Assembly (NCBI GenBank): GCA_000934665.2
Contig: JYFJ02003286.1
Location: 1-43,916, forward strand
DNA: 43,916 nt
Source: Catajapyx aquilonaris
Lineage: Eukaryota
Direction of reading: 5' to 3'
Every line of letters starts with the position of its first letter. The stretch's first letter is position 1. Both the position numbers and the translations under genes were made by a program. Positions 39,076-43,916 of the stretch are shown in pieces. Under the pieces are notes generated by a model, which saw nothing but the letters and a program-made list of their open reading frames with translations, did no database searches and was not told the origin of the DNA.

Positions 39076-42000
39076 TGGTATGTGTGGGACGAGGAGAAGC
39101 AGGAGGCAGTGTTGGAGCGGAGAAAGGGGGGCCAAGGAGAGAGGAGGGAACGGGCAGCAGGAGGATGGAGAGTGGCTGGAGGGAACAGAGGGGTTGCACA
39201 CTGAGGTGAAGAGGGGAGGGGGGGGGTGCCAGACCAAACCCAANGGGGGGGGGGCTGGTGCCAGACCAAACCCAACCGTCAGTGGGAGGAGATGAAGGGG
39301 AAGAAGAAGACGGAGGAGGAGGAGAAGGAGGAGGAGAAGAAGCAGAAGGAGGAGGAGAAGAAGCAGAAGGAGGAGGAGGAGGAGAAGAAGAAGCAGCAGC
39401 AGCAGCGGAAGGAGCAGATGAGGAAGGCAAGGGAGTGAGGGTGTTGTCGTGGAACTGTGCTGGGATTTATGGTAAAAGGAGTGCTTTTTGGGAATATGTG
39501 ACAGAGTTCGATATTAATAGTTGTATTACAAGAAACTAGGATGGACGAGAAATTTTTTGAGAAATGGAAAAGAGGGTTGAGCAGGGAATTTGAATGGCAT
39601 TGTAAAGGGGCGACGAGGGAGAAGAAGTGGGGAAGGGCCAAAGGGGGGATAGTGGTGGGGTGGAGAAGGGAGAGGCAGGTGAAGATGACAACAGAAAAAC
39701 AGGGGGTTTGTTTGGAAACAACCTTCAGAGGAAAAAGATGGAAGATCTTGGGGGTGTATGTGCAAAATGTTGAAGGGTGGGGGAAGGAGTTGGAGGAAGT
39801 GGGGTCGGAGAGTGAGGAGGAAGAAGAGAGGGTGTGTTGGATGTGTGTTGGGGATTTTAATGGAAGGATAGGGGAAGGAGGGGCCTTAGAGGCAGGTGAA
39901 AGAGAAGACATTCCAGACAGACATTCAGTCGACAAGGCGGTCAACAGAGAGGGGGAGATGTTATTGGATACATGGTCAGTGTGGGGTATGCTGGTGATAA
40001 ATGGAAGGACGGAGAGCGACAGGGATGGGGATTTAACGTTCATTGGTCCACAAGGAAAATCGGCAATTGATTATGCAGTGGTGGACGAGGATGGATGGAG
40101 CGAAATCAAAGACATGAAAGTGGGAACGAGGATTGAGTCGGACCATCAGCCGCTGGAGGTGACAATCAGGGACGGAGAAACAACGAAAGAGGTGGTACAG
40201 GAGACGAGAGATGAGGGAGAAAGATACAGATGGATAGAGGGGAAAGGAGACGAGTACAGGGAGAGGCTGCAAGAGGGACATATGGGAATGATGCAGGAGG
40301 ACACAGTCGACGGCATGGACATAGGGTTACACAAATGGGTAGAAAGGGCAGCTGTGGGGATGAGATTCAAGAGACGAAGAGAAAAAAAGAGAAGGGTGGA
40401 TTGGTTTGACAGAGACTGTAAAATTAAAAGGGAAATGGTTTGGAGAAGTCTTAGGATGTATAAAAAGGAGGGGAAAGAAAGAGACAGACTTGAGTATGCT
40501 AAAAGAAAGAAAGAGTATGGCAAATTATGCATGGAGAAGAAAAATGAACAAGTGAATAAAATGGTGGACGATTGGAAAAAAGTAAAAACAGAGGGGGAAA
40601 TGTGGGAAAAATTGAGAGGAAAGACGAAGTATAGGGAATCAGCACCTAAGTCAATACCGGAAAGGGAATGGAGGGATCATTTTGTTGGGTCACTGGGGGG
40701 GCATAGGGAAAAAAGGGTAGTAAAGTTCGGGGAAGGTGGGGAGGAAGAGGCAGACCAGCGCTGGGATAGGGAAATATCGAAGAAGGAGATTTCAGACTGC
40801 ATCAGGAGGCTAAAAAGGAGGAAGGCTCCTGGAACTGACGGATTACCAAACGAATTTCTAAGAGAAGGGGGGGAAGTGATGGTGGAGGAGATATGGAACT
40901 TGTTCCGAAAGGTGTGGGAAAAAGAGATGATACCGGAGAAGTGGAAGGAGGCACAAATCTATCCTATTCATAAGAGTGGTTCAAGGGAGGAAGTAAAAAA
41001 TTACAGGGGGGTGGCACTGCTAAACGGGGTTTACAAGATTTGGGCCATTATTATAGAGGCGAGGATAAGGGTATGGGCAGAAGGGGAGGGCATATTACAT
41101 GAGGGACAGGCTGGTTTTCGGAGAGGGAGGAGCACAAGCGACAATATATTTATATTAAACGCACTGGTACAGCACAGGCTGGGGAGGAAGAGGGGGAAAA
41201 TGTACGCCATGTTCGTGGACCTCAAATCCGCATTTGACAAAGTGAATCGAGAAAAATTAATGACAAAACTATGGCACCTAGGAGTAAAAGGGAAAGTGTG
41301 GAGGATACTGTGCAAAATGTATGAAGAAAGCGTTAATACAATGGGAACAGGCGGGGAAATATTTTGGACAACGAATGGAGTGAGGCAGGGGTGCCCACTG
41401 AGCCCATTGCTATTCATAATGTATGTAAATGATTGGTTGAATATGTTGCAGGAGGAAAATTCAGGGGGTGTCAGGCTAGGAAGGGAAAAGGTGTGGGGGT
41501 TGATGTTTGCAGACGATATGGTGGTGGTAGCAGAAGAAAGAGAACAGTTAAGTGTTATGGTGAAACAGATAGAAGGCTATTTGAAGAAAAACAATTAATA
41601 GTTGAATGCGGGAAAGACGAAAATCATGGTATTTAGGAATGGAGGAAAACGGTCCAAAAGGGACGGATGGTTTTGGAAAGGGGAAGAGATAGAAGTGGTC
41701 AACAAATACAGATACTTAGGATATTGGTTTACAACAAGGGGGGGGATTCAGGAACATATCAAGGCGCAGAGGCAGAAGGCATGGAGGGGGTTGCACAGGG
41801 TGAGGAGGATATGCAGGCAACAAAAAATTGAACAGTGGGGTTTGGTAAAGGCCTTATATGGAAGCATGGTGAGAACAATAATACTGCAGGGAGCCGAGGT
41901 GTGGGCGTGGAAGGTGGGACGAGCAATGGAGTGTGTGCAGTTGGGGTTCCTCAAGAGGTGGCTCGGAGTGGCCCAGAATACTCCGGGGTACATTGTGCTG

Positions 42001-42836
42001 ACAGAGACAGAGATGATGGAGGTGGAAGTGGCGGCATTAGAAAGGGCAGTTAGGTGGATTATGAAGGTGGAAAGGTTAGGGGAGGACAGACTGTTGCGAA
42101 GGATATGGGATGAGATGAAGAAGGAAAGGGAGGGAGGTAGTAAAAATGGCTGGTGGGAAGACGTGAGGAAGAAGGAACACGAGTGGGGGGTGGAGCATGA
42201 TGAGGAGTGGCAAAGGCAAACTTGGGAAGAACGATGGGGCTGGTGGGGGAAGGAACTGAGGGAGAGGATGATCAAGGAGAGGGAGGCGAGAATTGCCAAC
42301 ACGACCAGCTGGCCCGACTACCGATTTGTAAAGATAGAGAGAGAAGAAGACCGATATTTGGACAGAGAGAACATAAAATTTCTGAAGGTGTTGGCGAAAC
42401 TAAGATGTGGGACACTGTGCAGGGCTAGCTGGTCGTGGCTGTCAGACACGGAGAGGAACTGTTTATTGTGTGGGGAGGGGGAGGAGAATATGGGGCATAT
42501 TGTGAGGGATTGTAGGGTAATGAAGGAGGAGAGGAGGAAATGGATACCGGCGGTGGAGGAGATGGAGGATGAAGAGGTGTATGGCTTTGTAAAGAATGTA
42601 AGAAAAAGGGGTGCTCTGTGTAAGTATTTGTACGGGATGGTGAAAAAGAGGAGGGATACAATTTTGGAGAGACAGGGGGAGGGGTTGAGTGAGAGTGGAA
42701 ATATGTAAATGTAAATGTGTATGTAAATGTCAATGTAAACATGTGAAGGAGGAGGAGGGTCGGCCAAGCGGCATGAGCTGCAGGCCGACGGTCTAAATAA
42801 AGCGCAAAACAAACAAAACAACAAAACACACACATA
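39076..42836 (+). mobile_element. 5'-truncated non-LTR retrotransposon (APE + RT + CCHC), probably RTE-X-like; ORF2 disrupted
   Basis: APE motifs SWNCAG, GDFNGR, SAIDY, SDHQP. RT motifs KAPGTDG, NYRGVAL, QAGFR, FVDLKSAFD, GVRQGCPLSP, FADD, YRYLG. C-terminal CLLC...HIVRDC. Frameshift near 39515 and TAA TAG at 41596-41601. AATAAA at ~42795 and an AAAC/CA tail. The clade assignment is tentative. Confidence 0.93.
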
Positions 42837-42838
42837 TA

Positions 42839-43517
42839 CAGGGTGATTACAAATGAATAGTATAATTACAAATGCATATAGCTCCGTACCTATCAACCGT
42901 ACATGAACGTGTTATACACCAAATGAAAGAGGAGGTTTTAAAGTTTTTTTCGTGCCTTATAAATGTTCTAATATGATTTCCCTTGGTCACTCGAGAAACG
43001 TCGATCCGATAGTGCAATTCCTCCCATACCCGTGCCAGCATGTCCGTTGTCACTGACTCAACCGCAGTAACAATGCACTGGCATTCAGATGTTCGCCAGT
43101 TTCTGAACAATGTGCTCCTTCGTCGTTGGATAGGTCGCAGTGACCAGCAAGACTTGTCGCTTTACTGCTGGCCCCCGAGGTCGCCGGATTTGACGCCATG
43201 CGACTTCTTCCTTTGGGGGTACGTTAAGGATGCTGTGTACGAGCCACCGATGCCAACAACCCTGGATGAACTCAAACATCGCATTGTTGCTGCGGTTGAG
43301 TCAGTGACAACGGACATGCTGGCACGAGTATGGGAGGAATTGCACTATCGGATCGATGTTTCTCGAGTGACCAAGGGATGTCATATAGAACATTTATAAG
43401 GTACGAAATAAACTTCAAAACCTCCTCTTTCATTTGGTGTATAACACGTTCATGTGCGGTTGATAGGTACGGAGCTATATGCATTTGTAATTATACTATT
43501 CATTTGTAATCACCCTG
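42839..43517 (+). mobile_element. Tc1/mariner-superfamily (rosa/DD41D-like) non-autonomous fold-back element with ~238-bp inverted arms and TA TSD
   Basis: TA|CAGGGTGATTACAAATG...CATTTGTAATCACCCTG|TA, arms 42839-43076 and 43281-43517. It contains a transposase C-terminus, RWIGR...WPPRSPDLTPCDFFLWGYVKD...GCHIEHL. Confidence 0.93.
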
Positions 43518-43835
43518 TATAGGCTTATGTTAAGTATACGGGACATTCGACGAATCAGTTCTACACAATTCGTGAAGTTCTAAAAGCCAATAGTGCAGTT
43601 CTGAATAAGGATTTGTGCAGTCAGATAGTAGCAGACAAGTCTGTTATATCCGGCTTCAACTGTGCCTGGACATTGGCACTGCTGGAAATATGAAGGGACC
43701 GATCTTTCTACTTGCTTATATCCGATTTGGTTACAGTATAGGAGGATTCCACTGTACTTTGTCAGTTATTGCATTCACCTAAGATTGTGTGACGTTGAAC
43801 AAAAAAAATTTCGCATTGTGGGGGGGGGCGATGTG

Positions 43836-43916
43836 GCAAAGTTTGAGAACCGCTGCTCTATTGCATCATGTGAGAGGAGTTTCAGCAAGTTAAAGTTGAT
43901 TAAGAACTATTTGCGC
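43836..43916 (+). mobile_element. hAT-type TIR end abutting a hAT transposase dimerisation-domain fragment
   Basis: AAAGTTTGAGAACCGCTG ends at 43855 (reverse complement CAGCGGTTCTCAAAC, Charlie-like). 43857-43916 translates to SIASCERSFSKLKLIKNYLR. Confidence 0.8.

Noticed and set aside
39221..39275. Duplicated GGTGCCAGACCAAACCCAA around an N
   Set aside because: It flanks an ambiguous base in poly-G and is most likely an assembly junction artefact.
38696..42896. Long minus-strand ORFs rich in Ser/Pro/Leu/Phe
   Set aside because: They are antisense shadows of the purine-rich LINE and low-complexity sequence.

Overview
Eukaryotic genomic DNA, most likely from an invertebrate with a compact gene architecture (introns mostly 45-100 nt); no prokaryotic features, CRISPR arrays, rRNA or tRNA genes were seen. 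From left to right: (1) PIF/Harbinger-like element ends and a ~390-bp fold-back palindrome; (2) a six-exon minus-strand gene of unknown function (2627-964); (3) a ~25-kb non-coding, strand-biased region (~2.8-27.8 kb) built from short modules duplicated in the same orientation but shuffled order, with decayed Helitron and PIN-nuclease fragments, headed by a motif-dense leftward Pol II promoter at ~27.85-28.16 kb (candidate long ncRNA or uni-strand piRNA-cluster-like locus; inference only); (4) a ~47-bp minisatellite; (5) a ~22-exon full ABCA transporter (34971-28565, minus) with both ABC signature motifs degenerate; (6) a divergent ricin-B lectin gene, a V-domain tRNA-SINE and a secreted double-WAP gene whose upstream region is duplicated; (7) LINE (APE-RT), Tc1/mariner fold-back and hAT remnants. 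All exon models were built by hand and need transcript confirmation.
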